Below are positions 1 through 13,660 of a stretch of 64,000 bases of DNA, piece by piece. The DNA is from Octopus sinensis (lineage: Eukaryota), in the NCBI RefSeq assembly GCF_006345805.1, contig NC_043006.1, positions 50,282,001-50,346,000 on the forward strand, in the 5' to 3' direction. Below the pieces are notes generated by a model, which did not search any database, was not told the DNA's origin, and was given only the letters and a program-made list of their open reading frames with translations. Both the position numbers and the translations under genes were made by a program. Position 1 is the stretch's first letter. Every line of letters begins with the position of its first letter.

Positions 1-165
1 GATTAGATCGACCACAGTACGTAACCGGTACTTAATTTACCGACCTCGAAAGGATGAAAGGCAAAGTCGGCCTCGGCGAAATTTGAACTCAAAACGTTAA
101 GACAGACGAGATACTGTTAAGCATTTCGTCCGGCATACTAACGTTACTGCCAGCTCGCCGCCTTA
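1..165 (-). mobile_element. tRNA-derived SINE, family A (Meta-domain-like core), cut by window edge
   Basis: Minus strand reads GGCGGCGAGCTGGCAG..GTTAG (A box), GAGTTCAAAT (B box), then GCCTTTCATCCTTTCGAGGTCGGTAAATTAAGTACC; further copies at 7611, 25650, 45765. Confidence 0.8.
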
Positions 166-646
166 AAGTCTTTATAGATTAAAACAGTATTTACGTGGCT
201 CCTAATTTCACAAATTAATATAAAAAGCTCTTGTAAGCCGAGAAAGAAGAAAATAATTTTAAAACGCATTTGTACCCTTCAAAAAAGCTTTATTTACGTT
301 TACTTAACCAGATCTACATCGATGAGATCAAAGGGCCTGGAGTTACGCCGTATTTGTCTCGAATCTTATTGGATTTGGAATATTTGCTCTCATTGGGAGA
401 GATTATCGCTCATATTGTCATCAACTGAGATAGTGGTCAAAAGGTAGTCACTTTTCAATGATTGTTGTGTTAAAAGTTAAGAATTTATTGGACTAGGGAA
501 CGTGTTATGTGGCAGCATGGATAACAATTGCACGTTATATCTACGTGTTAGTATACGTGACAGTATAATTGTTAATTGCCTCAAAAGTTAAGGATGTGTT
601 AATCCAGTGAGTATGTCATACCATAGTATGGACCACAGGTTAGTCA

Positions 647-1103
647 AGTCGATAGACAAAAAAATGTTAGATACATTTAATACAAAGAATCTACATGTGT
701 ATACACATAAAAGAAGTCCGACTTACACAGAATGGAAATTATATCAGGAACTAAGAAGGTTGAGTAGGAGTTTTACGAGTCCAACAGCTGTTCTATGGGC
801 TTGGTGGTCCGGAATGGAGATTAAAGATGTTTCATCTTTAATCGCCATCCTGTCAACACCTCAGATGTAAAATTCTTCCTTGAAGACGGAGGCTGGTGGC
901 ATCAAGTTATGATGGAATAAAGTTACCAGCATTATTTTGGATCACCAAGCTCCCAGAAACAGCTGTTGGACTCGTAAAACTCCTACTCAACCCCCTTAAT
1001 ACCTGATATCATTTCCATTCTGCGTAAGCCTGACTCCTTTTATGTGTATACATATGTACGTTCTTTGAATTAAATGTATGTAACATTTCTTGTATATCGA
1101 CTT
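647..1103. repeat. Long inverted repeat (about 165-bp arms) with a degenerate hammerhead core, probable PLE terminal-repeat relic
   Basis: 647-810 is an imperfect reverse complement of 940-1103; TTGAAGA-cggaggctggtg...caccaagctccca-GAAACAGCTGTT on + strand. Confidence 0.7.
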
Positions 1104-1123
1104 CACACACACATACATACATA

Positions 1124-1372
1124 TCAGAGCACCTATATTGCTAGACATTAGAGCTAAACTGCTCTAGTGCTGTTGTCAAATTAAATAATAGTATACGTAT
1201 ATACTGAGAAGGACCATAATCACTCGAGAATTGGCAGTTCTGAAGCATTTTCGAGACGCGGTGAGACGAAAATGCTCCGACCTGTGACAAAGTGAAGAAC
1301 GTATAAAATTATGCGCTTTGGTTGCAGTATTAGAGCAGTTTAGCTTTTATTTCTAGCAATGTAGGATTTCTG
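1124..1372. mobile_element. MITE-like element
   Basis: Imperfect TIRs cctatattgctagacattagagctaaactgctctagtgctg / cagtattagagcagtttagcttttatttctagcaatgtagg; terminal motif agagcaccta shared with 17603-18025. Confidence 0.55.
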
Positions 1373-1447
1373 GCATCCTTATTCATATTCAATGACAATT
1401 ATAGTTTTCCTTTTGGTAACGCACTCCACATCGCTGTTTATATTGAT

Positions 1448-1700
<253 letters not shown>

Positions 1701-4391
1701 TGTTGTATTTCAGGACAGTCATTTCTTTTTGTCAAATAAACACACGCACTAAATATTCGTTCTTCACTCATTTATTACTGTTCTTATTCTAACTTCTGAA
1801 AACTGAATTTTGCAATCCATTTTTAAGATTAAATTTACGGGAATGCACAATTACACGGTTACTTCTTTTGAGAGGCTGAATTCTAAATACGTTATATGTA
1901 AAACAAATCCAAATAATCCCTGAACGAATAAGAGAGCAAGACCATGAATTACAGTAATAATACCAACTTTCTGGAACAAAACACCCAACCCATTAAGTAA
2001 CAACAACCATAATTAAGTCCGTGCAGCTCTTATAAACATCTACACTTGCTCATTAATTGGCATCCATCACTCACTAGAATAGCTGTGTGAAATCAATTTA
2101 CACCTCATGGTCATTGTATATTAGCTACAACCATAAAATTATGCACATGACTTGACTATTGGCGTATTTAGCATCATCGACTCGGTGCGTTTCATATCTC
2201 AACGTCCCAGGCACATTACTTTTATATTCGAGGTTAAAATAACACTCACCGTCATTGAAGCTTAAAGATTTAGATACCAAAAGTTGATAAAAGACGTAAA
2301 AATACATCACTATCCACACAAACAATAATCTCCTTTGAAAACATTTTCTTCTTCGAGGCTGGATTAGTGATTCTTAGTGATTCAATGCAGTTTAAGGTCA
2401 TAAAACATAACGTTAAAATAAATAATGAAAATAGAAAGGAAAATGAAGCAGAAATCTTTTATTTTCACATACAAAAAGGGAAGTAGATATTTAATGCAGC
2501 TTCAAATTACAATCACGTGGTACATTGCAAACAATTCAAACACAATATCCTACAAAATCAATATTATCGTAAAGATCGTATTCACTGTTCATAGTATATC
2601 GTCCACTTCTTCCTTCATGTCATCCAATAGTTAACCGTCTCCCGTCTCATCCGTTCGAAATTCCACATTTGTTGACCGAGTGTAGTTTCAGTATTTATTT
2701 CTTATTTCTATCCATGCATCAACGATCCTTTCACAAACCAGAGGATGTGATAGTGCCTTCATACAGCCTCTTTTAGTGTGTGATTTGTTTTTTCATCACG
2801 CATCCAGTTATTCCACCCAATTTTCATCAAGTCATTAAATAGTTTATTGATCCAATCATTAAAAGGCAGCAAAACACTTGTAAGTTCGCTTCGACTTACA
2901 GTTATGCCAGTGTTTTGTGATCAGAGATTATCAACAATATTCTTCACTAGATTTGCTCTAAATTAATCCCTGACAAGCTAGCTCTTTTCCTTAATAGACC
3001 ACCAGATTGTAAATTCCAAACTTCTTTGATCCCTTTTTCTACATTCCCACTCACTTATCTAGCTTTGTTGTGACAGCATTTGTTTTACAATCCTTTTAGG
3101 AAATTTCTCCTTTAGCAGAGTTTTTGGTTTTATTTATTTTCGTTTAAAGCAACCATCGGTTTTAAATTAGTACAATTAGCCATATGAAAAATATTAAAGT
3201 AATCCATCACTTTCTATGGTGAGTGTCTCACATCAATTCTGTCTTCTCTCCTTATTAATTTGCCCTTGGATTCTCTGGCATGTGAAGGGTAATAGGGATT
3301 CTGTCCATTTTACCAATACATGATAACTCGGAATCTTTCTTCTGCCAATTTCTAATTACAAACTAGTGAAACCATAACATCTTATCATCTAGATTATCCG
3401 GCAACTTTTGCGCTATCTTCTCTTCGCAAATATTAAGTCACAGCGTCTCAAGAACCTAACGCACCACTTATCGCTTACTTTAAAATCTGAAATTCTAGCC
3501 TTCTGTTTATCTTCGAGTATGGAGTACACAATTTCCATTTTGAAGATTTTCAAGTACCCATTCTACAATATATTCTACAATCTTGAATGCTTGCTTGATT
3601 TATCACTGTTAGTGAATTCTCGTTTTAGTGTTTCGGAAATTTGTTTGATATCAATCACCAAATTGTCAAAACGCAAAATTCTCTTCCCGCAACACAGTTA
3701 TCTGTCTTTTCAGTAACTTCTAAAAATTTTTGTTTTAAAGCTGCTCTATATTATTATTTTTATTTTAGGCCGCGTTTTTACGCAAAATCACGGCGAAAAT
3801 TTAAAACCTCAACTATACAATTGTATTCTACAAGTACTATACAGAAACTGAGGTCAGTTGAACTGCTAAGATATATTATGACTTAACTTTGCTTGTTTGT
3901 TAATGAAATTTATGAAATCCGTAACCTAGGTTTCTCAGGGTTATATACCAAAGCATATAACGATAATAGGCTAACACGGAAAATATCATTTTCCACATCG
4001 TTACATTTATTTACAGGATAATCCATTTATTCGTAAATATTGATCTGTTTTCTGTGAACTACGACTATTTTACTCAAGAGATATGGGAAATTCTAGAGTT
4101 TGGAGCCAGATAGTAAGTTGTATATATAAAAATTCCCTTCATGCTAGTCGAATAGCTGTGAAATTTGCTTTGTATCCATGATCGATTCTACTGTGTGGTA
4201 TCTCGAGAAATGTAATTTCTAGTAGCCTTGGTTACACTATTCCTTGTGATCGAAATTTGATTGACAGAAACTGTAAAAAAGTCCTTCGGGCGGTTTGAAC
4301 CCGTAATTTAAAAATACAGTCTTGTCATACACTGTCATTTATGTAAAAGGTACACCGGGCGCATGAGCCTGGCTAGGCTTGAAAAGGGCGC

Positions 4392-4475
<84 letters not shown>

Positions 4476-4740
4476 CGCATAAAGGGATAAGTTATTCTGC
4501 AAGATACCGTATTATCTCACAAATTGGAATAGTTGCTGGCTATCCCCAACGGTCCATTACATAGTACTCAAGCGTAAAAGAGATACAGGTACTAGTAAGC
4601 TATACTTGGGTTGTTCTGTGTTCCTATTCAAAACTGCAAATATTCAAAGAGTACGTAAGTGATAACGAAAAGGAGAGTGGAGATTTATTCACATCCAAAA
4701 TTATTTAGCAAAAAGTTTTGTACAGCATATATAACTCTGA

Positions 4741-4820
4741 CCTACATATGTTTCGACTGCAGCAACGGCACTTGCTGTGTAAGCAATTACGCTTTCTAGT
4801 CGCTGCAATTTCATCAAGGG
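4741..4820 (-). ncRNA. Type I hammerhead ribozyme-like motif (PLE type, C3U variant)
   Basis: Minus strand: CC TTGATGA AATTGCAGCGAC..GTTGCTGCAGTC GAAACATATGT A GG; palindromic stem III and GUA triplet. Confidence 0.6.
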
Positions 4821-4913
4821 TTTTCAAAGTGAACTGATTCAAACAAGCATCCTGCCAGTTTCAGCTATAAGAAATATTCAACGATAGAAAATATAATTTC
4901 GGTAAAAAAATAA

Positions 4914-4973
<60 letters not shown>

Positions 4974-5882
4974 CCTAGAGTGATTATAGAATACAATAAT
5001 TTGATTAATAATTTATGCATTTTAATTTTGTCTATAAGATCATGCAGAGTATACAACTATACATAGAAATATACATGCATACACACGTGTGCATAAATAT
5101 GTGTGCGTATATATGTGCATATGCACGCACACATACATATATACATGTATGTACGTATGTGTGAAAACAATTATACTTTTATATATATAGTATTTAAATA
5201 CACACACATGTACACACATACACACACATAGATAGCTAGCCAGATAGATAGATATGCATATACAGAGATGCAGTGATTTCAATATTTTGGCACAAGGCCA
5301 GCAATTTCGGGGGATGGGTAAGTCGACCCCCGAAACAGATAGACGCCTGTGTGTGTATCAAACACAAATTTGGCTGTCACCGTAGTGACACCTTCATTTG
5401 CATATACTTTTGATTACCCACCCTTAATTATACAGTACATATTTCAACCAGGTAAGTTTCCTCTGGAAAGTGTTCAACAAACCGCTCCCTATTTCACACG
5501 GTTTCACTCCAACACGGTTTTGATACCTGTTAACTTTTTATCTTTATATTTATGATTTGGAAAGATCTCTACGTTGTTGCTATTTCAGTAATTATTTTCA
5601 GTTTGTTTCAATTGTAATGCGATAGACTGCACGCAAAAAATAATACCAGTGTTAGCCTTATTTTTTATATTTATATTTTGTAAATATTTCCGAGATTAGC
5701 AATAAAATTTCAAATACTAACCTGAAAGCGGAGATGAAAGCCAATTTCTCTTGAAAATTGAACTATCAAATCAACTTCAATATGGAAAAAAAAACAAATG
5801 GTTCGATAAAATCAGAGATATTGTTTTTTTCTACTCTAGGTACAAAATATTTGGGAAGGGAGACAGTCGATTAGATCGAACA

Positions 5883-6118
5883 CTGTTGTACTCTTTCACC
5901 ATAACTTTCTCTCACTCTTTCTTCCTGTTGCTGTTGTACCTGTATTTCAAAGGGCCGGCCTTGTCACACCCTGTGTCACGCTGAATCTCCCGAGAACTAC
6001 GTTATGGATACAGGTGTCTGTGGAGTGCTCAGCCACTTGCACGGTACTTTCACGAACAGGCTGATCCGTTGATCGGATCAACTAGAATCCTCGTCGTCGT
6101 AACCGACGGAGTGCCACG
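5883..6118 (+). mobile_element. SINE 3' portion
   Basis: Shares tgtactctttcacca..ctttctctcactctttcttc with the SINE at 49216. Confidence 0.5.
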
Positions 6119-6537
6119 ACAAATTAAAGAAGTGGTGGCTTAGGAAATTTTAAAATCCGAACTGTCTCTCTCGTGTTAAATAGCTTAACTCAAGTGGATC
6201 AAGCGATAAAGACATTGCACCATAATTTGTGTCACATTTAGTTCAAATAATAGAATGTTCTAAATATTTAATGTTGATAAAACCAATCTATTCTGGAATA
6301 AAAAGCTGGCTGAATCTTCCATGTCAAGAACAAAAAAGTAAAAAATTTAGCAGATTCAAAGCAGCTAAGATCGAACTACAACTGTTTAAAGCTGTAATGC
6401 AGTAACTGTTTTCGAACCAGTCAGAAATATGGTTTAGCAACGTAACTTAAACTGTAACAGTTCTTATACTACATGCATACATACATACATACATACATAC
6501 ATACATACATACATACATACATACATACATACATGCA

Positions 6538-6569
<32 letters not shown>

Positions 6570-6618
6570 CATATACATATACAATACATATACATATATA
6601 TATAATATATATATAATA

Positions 6619-6698
<80 letters not shown>

Positions 6699-6699
6699 A

Positions 6700-6925
6700 A
6701 AACATAAAATCGGAAGGTATGAAAAGTGGATATATACTTATATTTAGATACATAACTTCAGGAGGGTTACGGCACCATCACCATCTTCGTGTAGTATTAA
6801 TTTCTTCTGTACTGTAATTACCGCTACACGAAGAAGGTTGCGAAACGGCTGTAACTCTATGGAAGTCAAATGATTAAATAAATATACATCCCGCTCTTAA
6901 AGCTCCTGACTATATGGTTTCATGT
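6700..6925. repeat. Degenerate inverted repeat, same family as 25160-25465
   Basis: cttcgtgtag/ctacacgaag arms; gttgcgaaacggctgtaa..tatggaag..atgattaaata..ctcctgact shared with 25381-25457. Confidence 0.5.
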
Positions 6926-7134
6926 GAAATGATTGCGTCAGTCGGGTCATCTGGATTTGTAGTTACGTGGACACTCTACATTACACATATTTCTAATCGA
7001 TTACGATGTGCATTGATAGCCGAGCCCGTTAGAGAAGCTTTCTGTGATAGCCGCACGATTCTCTGAATCCACATCTTATACAACTCATTCACACACGCGC
7101 GCGCGCATGTATATGTATGATGTATAAAAAAATA

Positions 7135-7247
7135 ATAAATGCGCCCTTTTAAAGCCTAGCCAGGCTCATGGGCCCAGGTTCCCGGTTTCAATGGCATATG
7201 TGTTCCCCAGCTGGACGGGACGCCAGTCCATCGCAGCGTTACTCATT
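7135..7247 (-). mobile_element. SINE 3' fragment (related piece on + strand at about 4360-4393)
   Basis: gcgcccttttaaagcctagccaggctcatg is the reverse complement of catgagcctggctaggcttgaaaagggcgc at 4363-4391. Confidence 0.5.
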
Positions 7248-7610
7248 AATTACCAGTTACGCACTATATATATAATGCATGTATGTATGTATAATTACAC
7301 ACATAGACACACACGTGTACATGCACACACATATTCATAAGCATGGACAAAATGCTAAGAGAAACCTACCAATCCATTCAAATTAAAAATAGCATCATTA
7401 GTGAATTTCTTTCCTGTCGAATGTGCATCCCTAATATAGCAAGCTAAGATGCATCACACAAAGAATGGCTTCTACAAAGACAACCAGAAATGCAACGTTG
7501 CTGCTATTACAAACAAATATATCTTACGGGATATGCAAAAAAAGGCCACACTACTCATCAGCCATGTAGTCAGAGACACAATCTGTGTCGCACAAACACA
7601 TATATCTGCT

Positions 7611-7843
7611 TATTTCTTTATTGCCCACAAGGGGCTAAACATAGAGGAGACAAACAAGGACAAACAAAGGGATTAAGTCGATTACATCGACCCCAGTGCG
7701 TAACTGGTACTTAATTTATCGACACCCGAAAGGATGAAAGGCAAAGTCGACCTCGGCGTAATTTGAACTCAGAACGTAAAGATAGACGAAATGCCGCTAA
7801 GCATTTCGCCCCGTTGCTAACGTTTCTGCTAGCTCGACGCCTT
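7611..7843 (-). mobile_element. tRNA-derived SINE, family A, near full length
   Basis: Homologous to 1-165 and includes the 3' tail (tttctttattgcccacaaggggctaaacatagagg on + strand). Confidence 0.8.
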
Positions 7844-9814
7844 CAAACACATCTTCTCTCAAACATCTTCAAACATCTCTCAGCCCTTGGTATTGATACA
7901 ACAGGGGCCCCAGCTTATTGAAGTTGGCTCATATTGTGCCATCTTCGCTCAGACTCTTCAAACTCAATCCCTCCTACTTTCGCCAGGCTCTGTGCCAACT
8001 GCTCAACGCAATACTTATTTCCCACAGCGTCGTGCCCGACTGCAAATATTTTTCCTGAAGCATCAATTTACTACTTTTCTAGACAAACATAAAAGACATT
8101 AATCTTACCGGTCTAGGAAGACTAAATAAAGCCTTGGGCACAGTTACTTGTTCTAGACTAAACAATCTACGCCTAATTAAATTTGGAAATTAAAGTTTCT
8201 TAGTTTCTCAGTAAGACTTAGTTTTAAAAATAAACTTTAATTTTCCAAATTAATTAGATGTATATTGTTTATTTGGTCTGAGAAAAATAGTTGTATCCTT
8301 AAAACAAACTGTGCTAGTATAATTAAAACTGTTAAGCTTTGCAAAAAAAAAAGTACAAATTAATTATTTTTCTTCCCCCAAAAAGTGCCTTTCTTTTTCA
8401 CAGATCCGACTTTAATTAACACCGTATTTTAAAAATTGTTATGTAAGCCTAGTGTTTAGAGTTGTTATAGCTCACGTGTACCGCAATGATGGTATACAGA
8501 CAAGAAATAGATTTTTCCGAACCTTCTTCCGCTACCAGTATGTACCATAAAATAACACAAAATACCTACGTAAGTCGCATATAGTCTCACAGAACGAACC
8601 AAATTAGTAAAATTTACCTTGGCTGTTCGTAGGTTACAGTCTATTTATGTACTATAAAATAACACAAAACACCAACACAAGTCGCATATAATCTATATCC
8701 ATATATCACACACAGAACGAAACAAATTACTAAAATTTATTTTGGCTGTTCGGAGATATCAGTGTATTATAATGTAAACTTGAGCCCTTAAAAACCCCGT
8801 TTTCACATTGTAACAACACTCAAATACATATATTTCACAACAGAATACCAGTACTATAACTATGAGCTAATATTGAGACACTACATGGACACTCGATCTA
8901 TTAGAGTTAGCTGTCAAATCTCCCTCAAATCGCATTTCACCTACTTCATCAACACCAAATAATATATAACTAATTAATTTTGGAAATTAAAGTTTGTTTA
9001 AAGACCTTAGTTTTAAAAAGAAACTTTAATTTCCAAAATTAATTAGCTATAGATTATTTGGTCTGCGGGAAGAAACTGCAACGATCTGTGCTAGTAAATA
9101 GCAAAATTAAAAACTTTGACTTAAAAACTTTGCGATGGAAAAGTTATAAAATGTTAAATTATATTTCTCTTAATAGAAAAGTGTCTTCCTGTAGAAACTC
9201 ACTTCTGTATACGCACGCCGACACACATACCCATAAACACCAACGCACATACTCTCTCTCCCTCTCCCTCTCACCTTCTCCCTCCGTCTCCCCCCTCTCT
9301 CTCTCATATACACTCGGTGTCTAATTTTCTTTTGTGTCACAGAAAATCGATGAGTGCAGCTCATGCAGGTTGCAGGCATGTACTATGTGCAATCAAAACT
9401 GATCGACAAATTTGCAGCTTTATGCTAGTTTCAGGAACCAATTAGGCAGTGAACACACCGCTTATTTGCACGAGGTCAACGTACTGCATCTATCTACATG
9501 CTATAGATTGATAACTAACTGCAGTGATTCAACTTGAATTAATTGTCTTAGACATGAGAACTGCACTGTACGGTCGTAACTGAATATTGAACCGAGAGAC
9601 TTTTTATTGTATTGGCTAACTTAAGCTCATCCACTGACTCTTTTCTCTGTCTTTCACATACACATACCTATGTATATGCATCAATTCTATAAACACGCCG
9701 ACCACCAACGCCGACACCACATATAGTAACAGGTGTCAACACCAGCACCAGCACCAGCGCAATCATCTGTAATTGTCACTAGCATCACTATCAATGCCAT
9801 CATCATCATCATAG

Positions 9815-9845
<31 letters not shown>

Positions 9846-10585
9846 TATCACCGTCACTTCCTCGACCATTCCTCACACTCCTATCACCAGCACCCTATCA
9901 TCATCATCATCATCACCAATACAAAAACTGTTACCACGAAGAATAAGAAGCACCACCAATGGATTCAACCAACACAACCATCTCCATCAATATCATCCCA
10001 CCATCACCGCTGATGCCGCCTCCGCCGTCACCGCCACCGACACTAACAAAAGACAACAACATTTACACGATTACCTATCCATCTACCTTCCACCTCACAT
10101 TACACATATTAATTTGGACAACAAAGAAAAATTACCTCCTAGGTTCACCACCACCACTGTTATCAACATTATCAACAACTGCAATAACAGCATTTAATCA
10201 ATCGCCTACTATTACTACAACTGCTGCTGGTGCTATTGTTGTTGTTGCTGTTGCTGCTGCAGTTTACAACCCTCTATTGAGCCTATAGTGTTATGGAAAG
10301 CATGAAAATTTATTCTGCAATTACTGCTAGCAATGCTTTAATTCAATTAGATGTTGGATTTTCATTCGTTATTCAATTAATTCACTATCAGACATCCTGC
10401 AGTTTATTTCATGAAAATAAAGGTTTCCATCTACCTACCTACCTACCTACCTACCTACCTACCTACCTACCTACCTACCTACCTACCTACACACTACCTG
10501 CCCATCTTCGTAAATATTTTCTACTTGCATCCATACCCCTCTATCAATCAATCAATCAATCAATCTATCTATCTATCTATCTATC

Positions 10586-10645
<60 letters not shown>

Positions 10646-10650
10646 GTCTG

Positions 10651-10715
<65 letters not shown>

Positions 10716-11758
10716 TCTATCTATCTATCTATGAATCAACCATAGTGTATGGTCATGCAGCAGATGTGTGGACTGCCTGAATTTTAGATACTCTAGTTAA
10801 CTATACATACATTCGGGCTGACTATACACCTCCGTGTAAAAACTTCAATAAGCATGTCTTTAAAGCCCGTTTTATGTATCCTTAGAAACGTTTGCAAGAA
10901 ATGGGTGTATTGTCAGGGTTTATTATATACTAGCTATGCATATTATAAGTAATAATAAAAAATGGGGGAAATACAATTGATGGTATCATCATCCTACTGT
11001 TACATTTGTTAAATGTACTTTTATCTTCTTAGATATCAACTCCCATCCACAGCATAAATACTAACGCATCTTTAATAAAAGACTGAAATTATCTTAGTGA
11101 CCACGCTTCGCCTAGTCCAAGACAGAGCTTCCAATATTGTCAAATTAAACATAAGTAATGATACTAATGTCACAAGTTACAGTTACACAAATTTGAACGA
11201 GCTTTATATCTACTTTCTATGTCTAACTATGACCATTAAATATAAATGCAAATTCACAATGTCTAGTAATATCAAAGATCATATTGGTTTCAATGTCAAT
11301 AATTTTACGAATGTTATTTTAAATTCCATACGATCTCCTTTCAGTATCCTCCTTTATCCACTTATATTTGGAATATGAAAGAAGATAGTAATCCTTTTGA
11401 ACCTAAAAAATTGTTTTATGATATTGAATTACTAATTAATTTCACCAGAATTTTACCAGGATATCTTAGCGTACATTAACTAAATGCTTTTTCTTGTTGT
11501 TCCTGCTGGAGGTGTTTTTCTCGTATCCACAACTAATCATTTTTGTCTAAAATTTTGGTCGAGGGGATCCCGTTGGTGTCCAAAATATTTCTTTATATTT
11601 CTTTTTTACTTACATTTCCTGCCAAATATCCTCATCGTCATTATCATTGTCATCATCATTATTATCATTGTCATCATCATCCTCATCATCCTCCTCATCA
11701 TCATCATCTTCATCATCATCATCATCATCATCATGTTCTTCCTTTTCTTTCTCTTCTT

Positions 11759-11824
<66 letters not shown>

Positions 11825-11829
11825 TGGGT

Positions 11830-12470
11830 ATGATGGAAAGTGTCAGCCAGAAGACTTAACTGACACTTGTTTACTGATCATGCTCCAAGAACTCCGCGGA
11901 GAACTCCTGCAGTTCTAAGTAATGGTGATTTTTACAGGGGTTCTGTCTTTACATTTATACCAATCTTTTTGAGCCGCCATGCTGGTAGTTGAGTGCTGAT
12001 ACTTCCAAGTGCACAAACTACCACTGGTATCACGCCCACTCTCTTCATTGCTTAGAACCAGCGTATTTCCCACTTCAATTCATCATAGTTGTTCACTTTT
12101 TCTTCTTTCTCTTCGATCCTTTTGTCACGGGGACATGCTATATTGATTATCTCGCATGGTTTTTCTTTTTTGTTCACTACAACAATGTCACATTTCCGAT
12201 GTCTGATCTGGTGGTCACACTGAATCATTAAATCCCACAGGATTTTGCAATCTTCATTTTGGAATCTAGATCATACCACGCCATTGGCCTTTTTAGGCCA
12301 TAATTTCCACAGAGCTCCCAATGGATAATTCTTGCTACATTGCTATGTTATCTTTTGTTCTCGCGTTGTGCTAATTTCGGGCATTCACTAACAATGTACC
12401 ATATAGTTTCACCCCTCTCAGCACACATTCTGAATTTGTTGTTCTCAGTTGTGTTATCAATTCTGCATAG
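11830..12470 (-). mobile_element. Degenerate 3' fragment of an R4/Dong-like non-LTR retrotransposon
   Basis: Minus-strand translation RMCAERGETIWYIVSECPKLAQ..VARIIHWELC..KILWDLMIQCDHQIRHRKCDIVVVNK, a decayed CCHC knuckle plus restriction-like endonuclease; stops and frameshifts. Confidence 0.75.
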
Positions 12471-12504
12471 TTACTACGACTACTACTACTATCGATATGC
12501 TGCA

Positions 12505-12605
12505 AGTACCTTGCTCAAGAACACAACGCGCCACCGGGAATCGTACTAATAACTTTACCATCGTGGGCCGAATACCCCTAACCACTAAGCCACACACCTT
12601 CACTC
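12505..12605 (-). mobile_element. tRNA-like SINE head fragment
   Basis: Minus strand TGGCTTAGTGGTTAGGG (A box) and CGATTCCCGG (B-box-like). Confidence 0.55.
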
Positions 12606-12825
12606 TCTCAGCTATAGAAAAAAGAAGTGAAGCGATAGAGACAAAGGGAAGCCTCAGTCATTTACAATGACAATTAGACTGGAATACGATCGATCTTTTT
12701 GTGTTTCTTTACTTTTAACAATGAAGATGAGGGAAAGAGATATTTTGGCTGGATTATATAGTTATCGGTTCTACACTTCTTTCTATGTTCTGTAACTGTC
12801 ATGGCACCAGCACACACATTACGGA

Positions 12826-13154
12826 TACTCTTTTACTTGTTTCAGTCATGTGACTGTGGCCATGCTGGAGCACCGCCTTTAGTCGAGCAAATCAACCCCA
12901 GGACTTATTCTTTGTAAGCCTACTACTTATTCTATCGGTCTCTTTTGCCGAACCGTTAAGTTACGGGGACATAAAAACACCAGCATCAGTTGTCAAGCGA
13001 TGTTGGGGGGACAAACGCAGACACACAAACATACAAACATACATACATATATACATACATACATACATACATACATACATACATACTACATACATACACA
13101 CATATATATATATATATACATACATACATACATACATACATACACCACAACACA

Positions 13155-13225
<71 letters not shown>

Positions 13226-13410
13226 ATATAGACATACATATATACGACGGTCTTCTTTCAGTTTCCGTCTACCAAATCCACTCACAAGGCTATGGTCGGC
13301 CCGAGGCTATAGTAGAAGACACTTGCCCAAGGTACCACGCACTGGGACTGAACCCGGAACCATGGGGTTTGTAAGCAAGCTACTTACCACAAAGCCGCTC
13401 CTATGCCTAT
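12826..13410 (-). mobile_element. tRNA-derived CORE-like SINE, family B, with internal microsatellite
   Basis: Reverse complement of the 37805-38288 copy; CCTTGGGCAAGTGTCTTCTACTATAGCCTC core. Confidence 0.85.
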
Positions 13411-13571
13411 ATCTACAACTTGCTGGAGGATACTGGTATAGAAGGGGTACAGATGCATACGTTTTTTATATTTTCCGTGAATTTTCACGGGTCCAGCTGG
13501 TTACTATTACTAATCTTCTTCTTCTTCTTCTTCTTCTTCTTCTTCTTCTTCTTCTTCTTCTTCTTCTTCTT

Positions 13572-13659
<88 letters not shown>

Positions 13660-13660
<1 letters not shown>

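Noticed and set aside
9320-9640. Unique-looking stretch after a pyrimidine tract and CAG, possible exon (KIDECSSCR...)
   Set aside because: No convincing donor site, early stop and no recognisable domain; cannot be supported without RNA data
9687-10288. Thr/Ser/His-rich ORFs
   Set aside because: Decayed (CAT)n/(ACC)n low-complexity sequence, open in several frames
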